Position numbers and translations under genes: made by a program. A stretch of 64,000 bases of DNA from Clostridiales bacterium UBA5448 (GTDB lineage Bacteria; Bacillota; Clostridia; Oscillospirales; SIG627), in contig DIRA01000027.1 of the NCBI GenBank assembly GCA_002427425.1, positions 6,790 to 70,789 on the forward strand, written 5' to 3'. The notes beneath the pieces were generated by a model. The model was not told the origin of the DNA and ran no database searches. It worked only from the letters and a program-made list of their open reading frames with translations. Positions 41,253 through 49,563 of the stretch are shown in pieces (positions within the stretch are counted from its first letter, which is position 1; each line of letters opens with the position of its first letter).

Positions 41253-42806
41253 ATGAAAAAACAAGAAAGAAAAATTTGCCGGGACGACTGGCAGCTATTG
41301 GAAGAAGGTAAAAACTATAAACGTCAGATCGGACTCTATGAACTGGTGAAGCGCAACGAACGGTTCTATCGGGGGGATCAATGGCATGGGGTCAAATCCG
41401 GCGGTTTGCCCACCCCGGTGTTCAACGTGTTCAAACGGGTCATCAATCACTTCATTTCTACTCTGATGTCCCAGAAAATCTCTCTCCGTTATACTGCCGA
41501 AAGCTGCGACCTTCTCCACACCCCCGAAAAGCGCCGTCAGCTGGAAGAGGGGTGCGCCCTTTTGAGCCATTACATGAATTACCGCTTTGACCGGGACAGC
41601 ATGGAAAAACTCCTTTCCGACGGATTGCTTGACGCGGCACTTTCCGGCAACTGCTTTGCCTATGTGTACTGGGACCGGGATAAAATCGCTCCCAAAGGAT
41701 ACAGGGGGGATTTTGCCACCACCCTGATTGATGCGGTGAATGTGTTTTTCGGGGATGTGAACACCTCCGACATCGAAAGCCAACCTTATATCCTCATTGC
41801 CGGAAGAGAGCTGACAAACAACCTCATCCGGGAAGCCAAGGATAACGGGATGCATGAGGAAGAATGCCGCCGCATCACCCCCGACAGTGACAGCGCAGAG
41901 CAGGCGGGGGACTTCGGGGCGATTGAATTGCCCGGTACCAAATGCGCTTCCCTCATCAAGCTGTGGAAGGAAGGGGGAACGGTTTGGTATGAAAAATCCA
42001 CCCGATCCTGTGTCATCACACCGCCCACGGACACGGGCTTGAAACGCTATCCCATGACCGGCATGTGCTGGGACAATGTGAAAAACTCCTGTCACGGGGA
42101 AGCGGTCGCCACGGGGCTGTCGGAAAACCAGTTGTATATCAACAAAGCCTTTGCCATGGTCATGAAGCACATGCTGGATGTGTCCTTTTCCAAAGTGGTA
42201 TACAACGACACCATCATCGATGAATGGACCAACGCCATCGGGGAAGCCATTGCGGTTCACGGGGATGTGGAAGGGGCGGTGGAACGGATCGAGCCGGGTA
42301 CCCTTCAGTCGGGTTTTCTGGAACTGATCAACATGACCATGTCGGTGACCAAGGAACTGATGGGTGCCACCGACGCGGCACTGGGAAATGTGCAGCCGAT
42401 CAATACCTCCGCCATCATTGCGCTGCAAAACGCCTCCAATCTGCCTTTGGAAAATCAGAAACGATCCCTGTATCGCTTTATTGCAGATCTGGGAATGATC
42501 TGGCTGGACTATCTTTTTCACTATTACGGTGAAGGGAGAATTCTCTTTTACAAAGATAAAAGCGGAAAAATGGCGGGCTATTCCTTTGAAGGCAAAACGC
42601 TGTATGAGATGACCTTCTCCTGTTATGCCGAGGTAGGTCCTTCTTCGTATTGGAGTGAGATTACATCTGTCAATACCCTGGATTCCCTCTTGAAACGCGG
42701 ATTCATTACCCTGAAGCAATACCTGGAGCGCATCCCCGAAGGATACATTCCCGACAAAGACAAATTGCTGGAAGAAGCTGCTTCCGGAGAAAAGGAAACA
42801 CCATGA
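41253..42806 (+). CDS. Phage portal protein (P22/T7-class podovirus-like)
   Basis: 517 aa. The N-terminal NERFYRGDQW and C-terminal CYAEVGPSSYW resemble, from my memory of the P22 portal, its FFSRVSQW and CYTDVGPSF regions. It lies directly upstream of the scaffold-like and capsid genes. Confidence 0.7.
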   Translation: MKKQERKICRDDWQLLEEGKNYKRQIGLYELVKRNERFYRGDQWHGVKSGGLPTPVFNVFKRVINHFISTLMSQKISLRYTAESCDLLHTPEKRRQLEEGCALLSHYMNYRFDRDSMEKLLSDGLLDAALSGNCFAYVYWDRDKIAPKGYRGDFATTLIDAVNVFFGDVNTSDIESQPYILIAGRELTNNLIREAKDNGMHEEECRRITPDSDSAEQAGDFGAIELPGTKCASLIKLWKEGGTVWYEKSTRSCVITPPTDTGLKRYPMTGMCWDNVKNSCHGEAVATGLSENQLYINKAFAMVMKHMLDVSFSKVVYNDTIIDEWTNAIGEAIAVHGDVEGAVERIEPGTLQSGFLELINMTMSVTKELMGATDAALGNVQPINTSAIIALQNASNLPLENQKRSLYRFIADLGMIWLDYLFHYYGEGRILFYKDKSGKMAGYSFEGKTLYEMTFSCYAEVGPSSYWSEITSVNTLDSLLKRGFITLKQYLERIPEGYIPDKDKLLEEAASGEKETP

Positions 42807-43198
42807 ACGAAGAAAAAAAGGAAATACTGGAAGAAGAAAAAGCAACGCAAATAACGCCTGTACCCGAAGAAACTCCCGATGTGACCAAGGGGGAAATTGC
42901 AAAATTCCGGGCGTTGTTCGGGGATATTTCCCCGGATCACATTCCCGAAGATGTATGGGAAGAGGTGAAAGAGGGACAATCCCTCTGCGCTGTTTATGCC
43001 CTGCATCTGTATGAAAAGGCCGCCGAGGCCAGCAAAATTCGAGACATCAACGATAAAAACAAAAAAACCGCACCGGGCAGAATCACCACCGGCGGCGGAG
43101 AGGAATACTTCTCCCCCGAAGCGGTGAAAGCTATGGACGACAAAGCCGTCCGCAAACATTATGCCAAAATTATACGTTCCATGGAACACTGGAACTGA
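42803..43198 (+). CDS. Scaffolding-protein-like acidic helical protein
   Basis: 131 aa and Glu/Lys-rich. ATGA overlap with the portal gene. Its position between portal and capsid matches T7 gp9 and P22 gp8. Confidence 0.5.
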   Translation: MNEEKKEILEEEKATQITPVPEETPDVTKGEIAKFRALFGDISPDHIPEDVWEEVKEGQSLCAVYALHLYEKAAEASKIRDINDKNKKTAPGRITTGGGEEYFSPEAVKAMDDKAVRKHYAKIIRSMEHWN

Positions 43199-43215
43199 AG
43201 AAAGGAATTTGAACT

Positions 43216-44052
43216 ATGGCGATTACCAATTTTATTTCCAACGTCTGGAGCGAAACCCTCTATCAGGAACTCCACAAAAGCTATGTGGCCGTCAAGCTTT
43301 GCAACCGGGAATTTGAAGGGGAGATCAAAGGGGAGGGGGACCGTGTACACATTTGCGGTATCGGTCCCGTAACGGTGTTTGATTACACCAAAAACGCCAA
43401 TATGCCCACCGCCGAAGCCCTCACCGACAGTCTGCGTACCCTCATCATCAATCAGGCAAAAGGGTTCAACTTCTGCATCGACGATGTGGATCTTGCCCAA
43501 AGCAAAAAATCTCTGATGCAGGCAGCCATGAAAGAAGCCTCCAATGCTTTGGCGGATGTGGCGGATGCGTACATTTACTCCCTGACGGATGAAAAGGTAG
43601 GTTTTGTTACCAATGCCGCCGCGACCTCCGTCAATATCATCCATACCCTGGCACAGGCCAGAACCAAGCTGTTGGAAAACAACGTGCCCAACGCCGCTCG
43701 CATTTCTCTGGAAGTGCCTCCCGCCATCGAGCAGAAGTTGGTGCTTGCCAAAGTCCTCCGTTCCACCGACAACCACGAGGACTTGGGTAGAGGTTATATC
43801 GGTTCGCTTTTGGGCTTTGATGTATATGTGACCAACAATATCACCGCCGATGCAAACGATAGCTATCGCTGTGTTGCCAGAACCGATCGTGCCATCGCCT
43901 TTGCCGAACAAATCAATTCCGTGAAGGCCTATGAGCCCGAACTGCGCCATGGGGATGCGGTGAAAGGTCTCCATCTGTACGGTGCCAAGATCGTATACCC
44001 CAAAGAAATGGTGTATCTGAATCTGACACCCGCAGACGAATCCACGCTTTAA
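43216..44052 (+). CDS. HK97-fold major capsid protein (T7 gp10 / P22-coat-like class)
   Basis: 278 aa. The N-arm pattern NFISNVWSETLYQEL...EGEIKGEGDRVHI and the spine-helix-like LMQAAMKEASNALADVADAYIY parallel the T7 gp10 layout. No protease gene is present, which fits scaffold-dependent assembly. Confidence 0.65.
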   Translation: MAITNFISNVWSETLYQELHKSYVAVKLCNREFEGEIKGEGDRVHICGIGPVTVFDYTKNANMPTAEALTDSLRTLIINQAKGFNFCIDDVDLAQSKKSLMQAAMKEASNALADVADAYIYSLTDEKVGFVTNAAATSVNIIHTLAQARTKLLENNVPNAARISLEVPPAIEQKLVLAKVLRSTDNHEDLGRGYIGSLLGFDVYVTNNITADANDSYRCVARTDRAIAFAEQINSVKAYEPELRHGDAVKGLHLYGAKIVYPKEMVYLNLTPADESTL

Positions 44053-44065
44053 ATCCAATGTTGCC

Positions 44066-44084
44066 GGGGCGGTTTTACCGCCCC
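44066..44084 (+). promoter_or_regulatory. GC-rich intercistronic hairpin just after the capsid gene (no T-run)
   Basis: ggggcggt-ttt-accgcccc. A GGAGGG RBS for the next gene follows. Confidence 0.5.
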
Positions 44085-44097
44085 CAGGAGGGAAAGA

Positions 44098-44502
44098 ATG
44101 TTTGACTTTTATTTTCGGGGCGTGCCGGGGAAAAAGCTCATCGATGCGGATACGGGGCGATATTTGGGGTCTTTTGACGCCAGCGGATATGTTTCCGCCG
44201 CCACGTTGGCCCATTCCTGCGCTACCCCTTTGATCAACCGTGCTTTGAATAGTATGGATGTATATTATCCCGTCCATGTGACGGTGTGGAATTCCAGCAC
44301 CAAACCCATCCCCAATGCATGGATTTCCAAAGACGGGGCCGAAGTGAACAAAACCGATGCCTGTGGCTGCGCCACCCTCATTTTACCCCAGGGTGTATAT
44401 ACCCTGACGGTGGGGGGAGAGGGGTTTGAAGACGAAACCGGGGAAGTGACCGTCAATCAGTCCGCGGTCCACGCTACGTTTACCTTATCGGCGGAAACGT
44501 AA
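44098..44502 (+). CDS. Virion-module protein with C-terminal beta-sandwich (carboxypeptidase-regulatory-like) domain; possible decoration or tail accessory
   Basis: 134 aa. VHVTVWNSSTKPIPNAWISKDGAEVNKTDACGCATLILPQGVYTLTVGGEGF matches the usual CarboxypepD_reg-like pattern. Confidence 0.4.
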   Translation: MFDFYFRGVPGKKLIDADTGRYLGSFDASGYVSAATLAHSCATPLINRALNSMDVYYPVHVTVWNSSTKPIPNAWISKDGAEVNKTDACGCATLILPQGVYTLTVGGEGFEDETGEVTVNQSAVHATFTLSAET

Positions 44503-44505
44503 GCC

Positions 44506-44904
44506 ATGAAGGCACTGGACGTATTCAATCTGGCATTGGCGGTGCTCCAGGAAAGCGGGGAAGATCGTAATTATAACGCTTCCACCTACGCGGAATCGAC
44601 GCCAGCGTTGCTGAATCTGCTTCTGGGGATGCTGGACGAAGCCGACTGCATCATCAAGGGAAAAAACCTGCCCTTTGACGGAGGGCGGATCCCATATATC
44701 AGTGATTTGAATTCCACTCTCACCCTCCATGACTCCCTGTCCCGTGTTTGTCTGCCTTTGGGGCTTGCTTCCATGTTGATCGCCGGTGATCAGCCTGTGC
44801 TTTCCAACACCCTGTGGGTCAAATACCTGCAGGAAAAAGAGGCCGCCGTGGCACGATACCGGAAGGGGAAGCGGCATATCACGCGGGATGTGTATTTTTC
44901 CTAA
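44506..44904 (+). CDS. Hypothetical virion-module protein (positional equivalent of a head-tail adaptor / T7 gp11)
   Basis: 132 aa. It starts 4 nt after the preceding stop codon. The assignment is positional only. Confidence 0.3.
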   Translation: MKALDVFNLALAVLQESGEDRNYNASTYAESTPALLNLLLGMLDEADCIIKGKNLPFDGGRIPYISDLNSTLTLHDSLSRVCLPLGLASMLIAGDQPVLSNTLWVKYLQEKEAAVARYRKGKRHITRDVYFS

Positions 44905-44916
44905 GGAGGATAGGAG

Positions 44917-46674
44917 ATGAACCGTGAAAAAAAGTTTACCTTGACTTTGGATACCTTTCTGGGCCTGCGGGAATCGGGGGATGAAGGGGCGGAATTGAAA
45001 ATCGGGGGAAGCCCCCGGATGGAAAACTTCCTCATCACCGAAGGATACAAGCTAAAAAAAAGGGCAGGGTACAGAATTCTCTGTACCCTGCCGGGAAAGG
45101 TCCATGCCTTATGGAACGGGTATCTGGAAGGAAGGCATTATTTCTTCGCCGCCGCTGGAGAGAACATGTATCTTATCCAAAATCAAACCTATGAATTGGT
45201 GGGGGATATCAATGCCGGGGGAAAAATCACTTTCACACCTTTCGGAGGGAAATTGTACGTTGCAGACGGGGAACGTTTGCAGGTCTATGATACCGATGCG
45301 GGGTGTTTTTTTCCCCCGCAATATTACCGCCCCCTGTTTTCAGTGGCAACGCCTCCCTCCGGCGGCGGTACGTTTCTGGAAAGCCTGAATCTCTTGACCG
45401 GTGCCACCGCCCAACGGTTTTCCCCGGACGGGGTGTCGGACACCTTTGTTCTAGCGGCAAAAAATCTGGAATCGGTAGATTATGTGATGGTGGGGGGCAC
45501 TTCTCTATATCGCCATGAATTTCAAGCCGATATTGTGAGGGGCACGGTAAAGTTGAACACCGTACCAGCGAAGGGGATTGACAGTGTGGATATCGGGTAT
45601 ACCCGCCGCCAAAACATCAGCAACATTGACGGCTGCCGGTTTGTTTTGCCTTTCGGGGGGGACAACGATACCCGGCTTTTTACCTGGGGCAACGAGGCGT
45701 ATCCCTCCCATCTCTGGTGGTCGGGAATTCCAACCCACGGCAACGGGCTGTATTTTCCCGCTGACTGTTTCAATACCATCGGCAACGGAGACCCCATCAC
45801 CTCCTTGACCCGTCATTATGACCGGCTTCTGGTGTTCACCCGCTCTGCCTCCTATTATCTTTACGCTTCCCAAAAAACCGACGACATGGGTATTCAATAC
45901 ACCTCTTTTCCGGTGTTCACTTTATCCCCCGACCGGGGCAGCCTGATGGAAGGACCGGGGATACTCATGGACAACCAACCTTTATCCGTGGGGGAAAGCG
46001 GACTGTACCGCTGGGTATCCACCTATCAGCGGGATGAGCGGAACGCGGTGTTGTTTTCCCGGCGTGCCTGTGAAACCCTGGGGAAAGCCGATTTGTCCAA
46101 TGCCGGATTTTTTGACCGGGAATCCAAAGGAGAATTGTGGTGCGTTCTGGACGACCGGATTCTCATTTACCATTATCGCCTGGATGTGTTTTATCTGTAT
46201 AAAGGATTTTTGCCCACCGCCTTTGCCGAGATGGACAAAACCCTGTATTTTGGTATGGAAAACGGGATGGTTTGTTTGTACGGGGATATGTTTACCGACA
46301 ACAATACCCCCATTATAGCCGTGTGGGAATCCACCTATCTGGATTTCGGATATCCCCATCTGAGGAAAAATGTGGACAGGTGCGATATCCTCCTCCGGGC
46401 GGAAAGCAAGACGAACGCCCATATTACTTGGATCACCGACAAGGATACGGGAGAAGGAGACAATCCCATTGCTTTAAACGGGGGATTGTTCGATTTTGCC
46501 AGAATGGATTTTGCTGCCCTGCGGATGGATACTACCTTGAACAATCTTCGTTTTACCCGTCGGATCGGGGCAAAACGAATCAACGTTTTTAAACTTCGCC
46601 TCCAGAATCAGCATGCGGACAGTTCCTTGCGGCTGCTGTCACTGGTTCTGGGCGGCACATTACTATGTAAATGA
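44917..46674 (+). CDS. Tail nozzle / tail tubular protein B-like protein
   Basis: 585 aa and rich in beta-strand. N-terminal FLGLRESGD...MENFLITEGYKLKKRAGY parallels T7 gp12 (GGISQQPD...NGW...GLQKRP). The gene position also matches gp12. Low-level similarity only. Confidence 0.45.
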   Translation: MNREKKFTLTLDTFLGLRESGDEGAELKIGGSPRMENFLITEGYKLKKRAGYRILCTLPGKVHALWNGYLEGRHYFFAAAGENMYLIQNQTYELVGDINAGGKITFTPFGGKLYVADGERLQVYDTDAGCFFPPQYYRPLFSVATPPSGGGTFLESLNLLTGATAQRFSPDGVSDTFVLAAKNLESVDYVMVGGTSLYRHEFQADIVRGTVKLNTVPAKGIDSVDIGYTRRQNISNIDGCRFVLPFGGDNDTRLFTWGNEAYPSHLWWSGIPTHGNGLYFPADCFNTIGNGDPITSLTRHYDRLLVFTRSASYYLYASQKTDDMGIQYTSFPVFTLSPDRGSLMEGPGILMDNQPLSVGESGLYRWVSTYQRDERNAVLFSRRACETLGKADLSNAGFFDRESKGELWCVLDDRILIYHYRLDVFYLYKGFLPTAFAEMDKTLYFGMENGMVCLYGDMFTDNNTPIIAVWESTYLDFGYPHLRKNVDRCDILLRAESKTNAHITWITDKDTGEGDNPIALNGGLFDFARMDFAALRMDTTLNNLRFTRRIGAKRINVFKLRLQNQHADSSLRLLSLVLGGTLLCK

Positions 46675-46682
46675 GGTGAACC

Positions 46683-47726
46683 ATGGCTGATTTTACCAAA
46701 CTGACACAAAACCTGGCTCATGTGTCGGCACTGCCCGACCGCCCCTCCATTGCCGAGGGATATACGCCCGAACAATTGAAAAATAAGTTTGACCAAAGCG
46801 GTCTGGATATTCAAACGTATCTCAATATGGTACTGATTCCCCAGCTCCAGTCTACCATTCCCGGGGAATCCGCCAGCGAAAAAATCGGTTCCCGTTCCAT
46901 TGCGGGGGTCACGGGGAATACCCTGTATGCCCAGATGTCCCACATTGCCCACATGATCGGGGATGCGGTGGCAGGCACCATTCCAGACAGTACCATTACG
47001 CTACAAAAACTATCTCCCACCCTGAAAGCACGTTTTGAGCAAATGTCTTTGAATACCATGGTATATACTACCCCGGGCAACCATTCTTTTTTGGTTCCTC
47101 GTACCGGATATTATCATGTGACTCTTTGTGGAGGAGGGGCGGCAGGGTCTATGTATGCCCTGGATCAGGATGTGTTTTCTACCACCCACTATGGGTATGG
47201 CGGTGCGTCGGGTGCGTACCTGGAATCTTCTCTCTTTCTGGAAGAAGGGGACAGCGTGTCCCTGACGGTGGGGGCAGGGGGGGCGGTGAAGCTGCCAAGC
47301 GAAATCAACGCTACTTTTTCCGGCAGTGTGATAGTGTCTTATTCTGCACCCGGGGGCAATACCATCTTCGGAAGTCTGATTGCCATGGGAGGATGCAACT
47401 ATGCCCCCGAACGACCGGAAGCGGAGGTGCAGGGAGAAAAATATCTATTTTGCCGCAACGGCAAATCCCAACCGGGGACGGGGAGCGTCCATGACGGCCT
47501 GGACAGCATGCTGGGCAACGGTTCACGTCGAATTGCCGGCACCCAGTCGGGGATTCTTACCTATTCGGCGGGGATCGGAGCAGGGGGATGTGGTTTTGTT
47601 TACACCGACGATACCTCCAACAAAGCTTCCGTACCCTTGGAAAACCGGATGTATTACCTGAACCGGGGTTGCACCGCCGGAGGTAGCGGAATGGTGAAGA
47701 TTCAATACATGAATGTGATAGAATAG
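46683..47726 (+). CDS. Tail fibre / receptor-binding protein with C-terminal glycine-rich domain
   Basis: The N-terminus (LPDRPSIAEGYTPEQLKNKFDQSGLDIQTYLNMVLIPQL...IGSRSIAGVTGNTLYAQM) is typical of Firmicutes phage fibre N-termini. The C-terminus is VTLCGGGAAGS...YGGASGAY...VGAGGA. Confidence 0.55.
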   Translation: MADFTKLTQNLAHVSALPDRPSIAEGYTPEQLKNKFDQSGLDIQTYLNMVLIPQLQSTIPGESASEKIGSRSIAGVTGNTLYAQMSHIAHMIGDAVAGTIPDSTITLQKLSPTLKARFEQMSLNTMVYTTPGNHSFLVPRTGYYHVTLCGGGAAGSMYALDQDVFSTTHYGYGGASGAYLESSLFLEEGDSVSLTVGAGGAVKLPSEINATFSGSVIVSYSAPGGNTIFGSLIAMGGCNYAPERPEAEVQGEKYLFCRNGKSQPGTGSVHDGLDSMLGNGSRRIAGTQSGILTYSAGIGAGGCGFVYTDDTSNKASVPLENRMYYLNRGCTAGGSGMVKIQYMNVIE

Positions 47727-47739
47727 GGGGATACTGAAT

Positions 47740-48510
47740 ATGGCAAAAAGCATTGCGGAAAAACTCAAAGAAGAACTGACCAAAGCCAACGATACCCTCT
47801 ATGCCCGGTATGACAGCATCATAAACGATACCCGGTTAAAAAAAGACGAAAACCTGGTGCGGATCGACGGCAGATATCATGATAATATGAATCAGGCATC
47901 CGCCGACAGCTCCATCCGTGCTGCCAATGTCAAGCGGGCGTTGGAAGAACAGGGACTGGGGAATTCGGGAGAAGCTGCCCAGACTGAAACCTTACATAAT
48001 TTAGGGCTGCAAAACACCATGACCCAACTGGAACGGGGCAAGGAACAGGAAAAACGTCAGGTGGAATCCGACACCGCCGCCGCCATTGCCGAACTGGAAG
48101 CAAAACGGGACAAGGATTACGCTGAGAATCAAATCAAAATTGCCAAGGAAGTGGCATCCCAGCAAAGCACAGACCGCAATTATGCCGCTTCCCAGGCAGC
48201 CAAAGCTTCCAAAGGTTCATCTTCTGCATCCGACGGATACCAACCCTACGCGGGAATTTTGGGTGCATTGAACAAATCCGGCTTCCAGTATCCTTCCATC
48301 AATAAAGGGAAACCTATCACACCCGGTTTGTCGGCCGATGAACTGCTGAACAACATCATCAATCAGCATATTACCAACGACTGGAACGGAGTCAACGTGG
48401 ACAAAGAAGCAGTCGGTACAGCCATCAAAGCGTTTTTAAAAGATACGTCTGTTTCGGAATCCTATCGGGCCGAAATGCGGGTCTTGGCCATCGCGATGGG
48501 GTATTTGTAA
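47740..48510 (+). CDS. Coiled-coil virion-module protein (possible internal/ejection or fibre-assembly protein)
   Basis: 256 aa. N-terminal 150 aa are strongly helical and charged, followed by a Ser/Ala-rich linker and a globular C-terminus. It is the last gene of the block. Confidence 0.35.
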   Translation: MAKSIAEKLKEELTKANDTLYARYDSIINDTRLKKDENLVRIDGRYHDNMNQASADSSIRAANVKRALEEQGLGNSGEAAQTETLHNLGLQNTMTQLERGKEQEKRQVESDTAAAIAELEAKRDKDYAENQIKIAKEVASQQSTDRNYAASQAAKASKGSSSASDGYQPYAGILGALNKSGFQYPSINKGKPITPGLSADELLNNIINQHITNDWNGVNVDKEAVGTAIKAFLKDTSVSESYRAEMRVLAIAMGYL

Positions 48511-48520
48511 TCATTATTAA

Positions 48521-48558
48521 AGCCATGAAAATACCGCAGCTGCGGTGTTTTCATGGCT
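48521..48558 (+). terminator. 19-bp inverted repeat ending the virion block (hairpin; weak T-tract)
   Basis: agccatgaaaataccgcag/ctgcggtgttttcatggct with one G-U pair. It starts 11 nt after the stop codon at 48510. Confidence 0.5.
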
Positions 48559-48851
48559 ATATCATGGTTTCGGTACCTGCCGCCATACATACAAGAGCCT
48601 CCCGTACGGGATTTATATTTTTCAATAGGGGACCATTGGTTCTCGTTTTTTTGGGAATAATAGGAAATGATCATGGTCTGCATATTCATTAAGGCATCTT
48701 CCCGATGTTCTTTCAGCAGCGTCTGTTTTTTCTTCCCGGTTAAAATCACAACGATTTAAATCCATTTGATGTTAGATAAACAACACTGTGTTTTTTATAA
48801 ATTATACATAGAAATAACTGGGTTGTTTAGGGCGGAGGGGGCGCGGGGAAT

Positions 48852-49559
48852 ATGGGTAACAAGTTTATTCAGTTACAAGATGTAAAAAAAGAGTATCAAA
48901 CGGGCGAAGTATGTATCCAGGCATTGAAGGATGTGACCTTCACCATCGATAAAGGGGAAATTTGTGTGATTCTGGGCGCATCGGGGGCGGGGAAAACCAC
49001 GCTCTTGAATCTTCTGGGAGGCATGGATGTATTATCAAGCGGGACGATTCAATTGGAAGAGAAGTTGATTTCCACTATGAGCAAAAAGGAATTGACGTCC
49101 TACCGCCGTCATGATGTCGGATTTGTGTTTCAGTTTTACAATCTAATCCCCACCTTGACTGCCAGAGAAAACGTGGAAATTGCCACCCAAATTTGCCGCA
49201 ATCCCATGAATCCGGATGAAGCGCTGCAGTTGATGGGGCTAGGACACCGTTCCAACCATTTTCCCGCACAACTGTCCGGCGGGGAACAGCAGAGAGTGGC
49301 CATTGCCAGGGCGTTGGCGAAAAACCCCAAACTGCTGTTATGCGATGAGCCCACGGGGGCTTTGGATTACACCACGGGGAAAGCGATTCTCAAACTGTTA
49401 CAGGATATTTCCCGAAAACAGCAGATGACGGTGGTGATTATCACCCATAATCAGGCCATCGCCTCCATGGCGGATCGCATCGTCCATATCAAAAGCGGCA
49501 GTATCGCCTACTGCAAAAAAAATCCAGACGCACTGCCGGTAGACAAAATCGAGTGGTGA
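48852..49559 (+). CDS. ABC transporter ATP-binding protein (MacB/LolD/FtsE-like)
   Basis: [38 protein letters not shown]. Confidence 0.9.
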   Translation: MGNKFIQLQDVKKEYQTGEVCIQALKDVTFTIDKGEICVILGASGAGKTTLLNLLGGMDVLSSGTIQLEEKLISTMSKKELTSYRRHDVGFVFQFYNLIPTLTARENVEIATQICRNPMNPDEALQLMGLGHRSNHFPAQLSGGEQQRVAIARALAKNPKLLLCDEPTGALDYTTGKAILKLLQDISRKQQMTVVIITHNQAIASMADRIVHIKSGSIAYCKKNPDALPVDKIEW

Positions 49560-49563
49560 AGCT

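Larger units (their letters stand above)
38423..48558. mobile_element. Phage-derived island (cryptic prophage remnant or domesticated/satellite-type particle locus); boundaries approximate
   Basis: It contains a late-regulator-like gene, a GT-C-like membrane protein and an eight-gene virion module. It lies between metF and an ABC exporter. No integrase, terminase or att repeats were recognised. Confidence 0.5.

Noticed and set aside
41295-42902. 535-aa minus-strand ORF covering the whole portal gene. A similar 372-aa ORF lies at 43159-44277, opposite the capsid gene.
   Set aside because: Both are codon-aligned shadows of the sense genes, which simply lack TTA, CTA and TCA codons. They have no RBS and low-complexity, Gly/Arg/His-rich translations. 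The sense-strand products have recognisable portal and capsid features.
48462-48749. 95-aa minus-strand ORF at the right edge of the island.
   Set aside because: It overlaps the 3' end of the last virion gene, contains the 19-bp inverted repeat and has no RBS or recognisable motif. It is kept only as a possible decayed fragment in the border finding.
38342-48851. Search for att-type direct repeats, an integrase, or a tRNA at the island borders.
   Set aside because: Nothing convincing was found by eye. The only shared element is an 8-mer (GAAACCAT, inverted at 48564-48571). It also occurs elsewhere in the window, for example near 21569, so it is compatible with chance.
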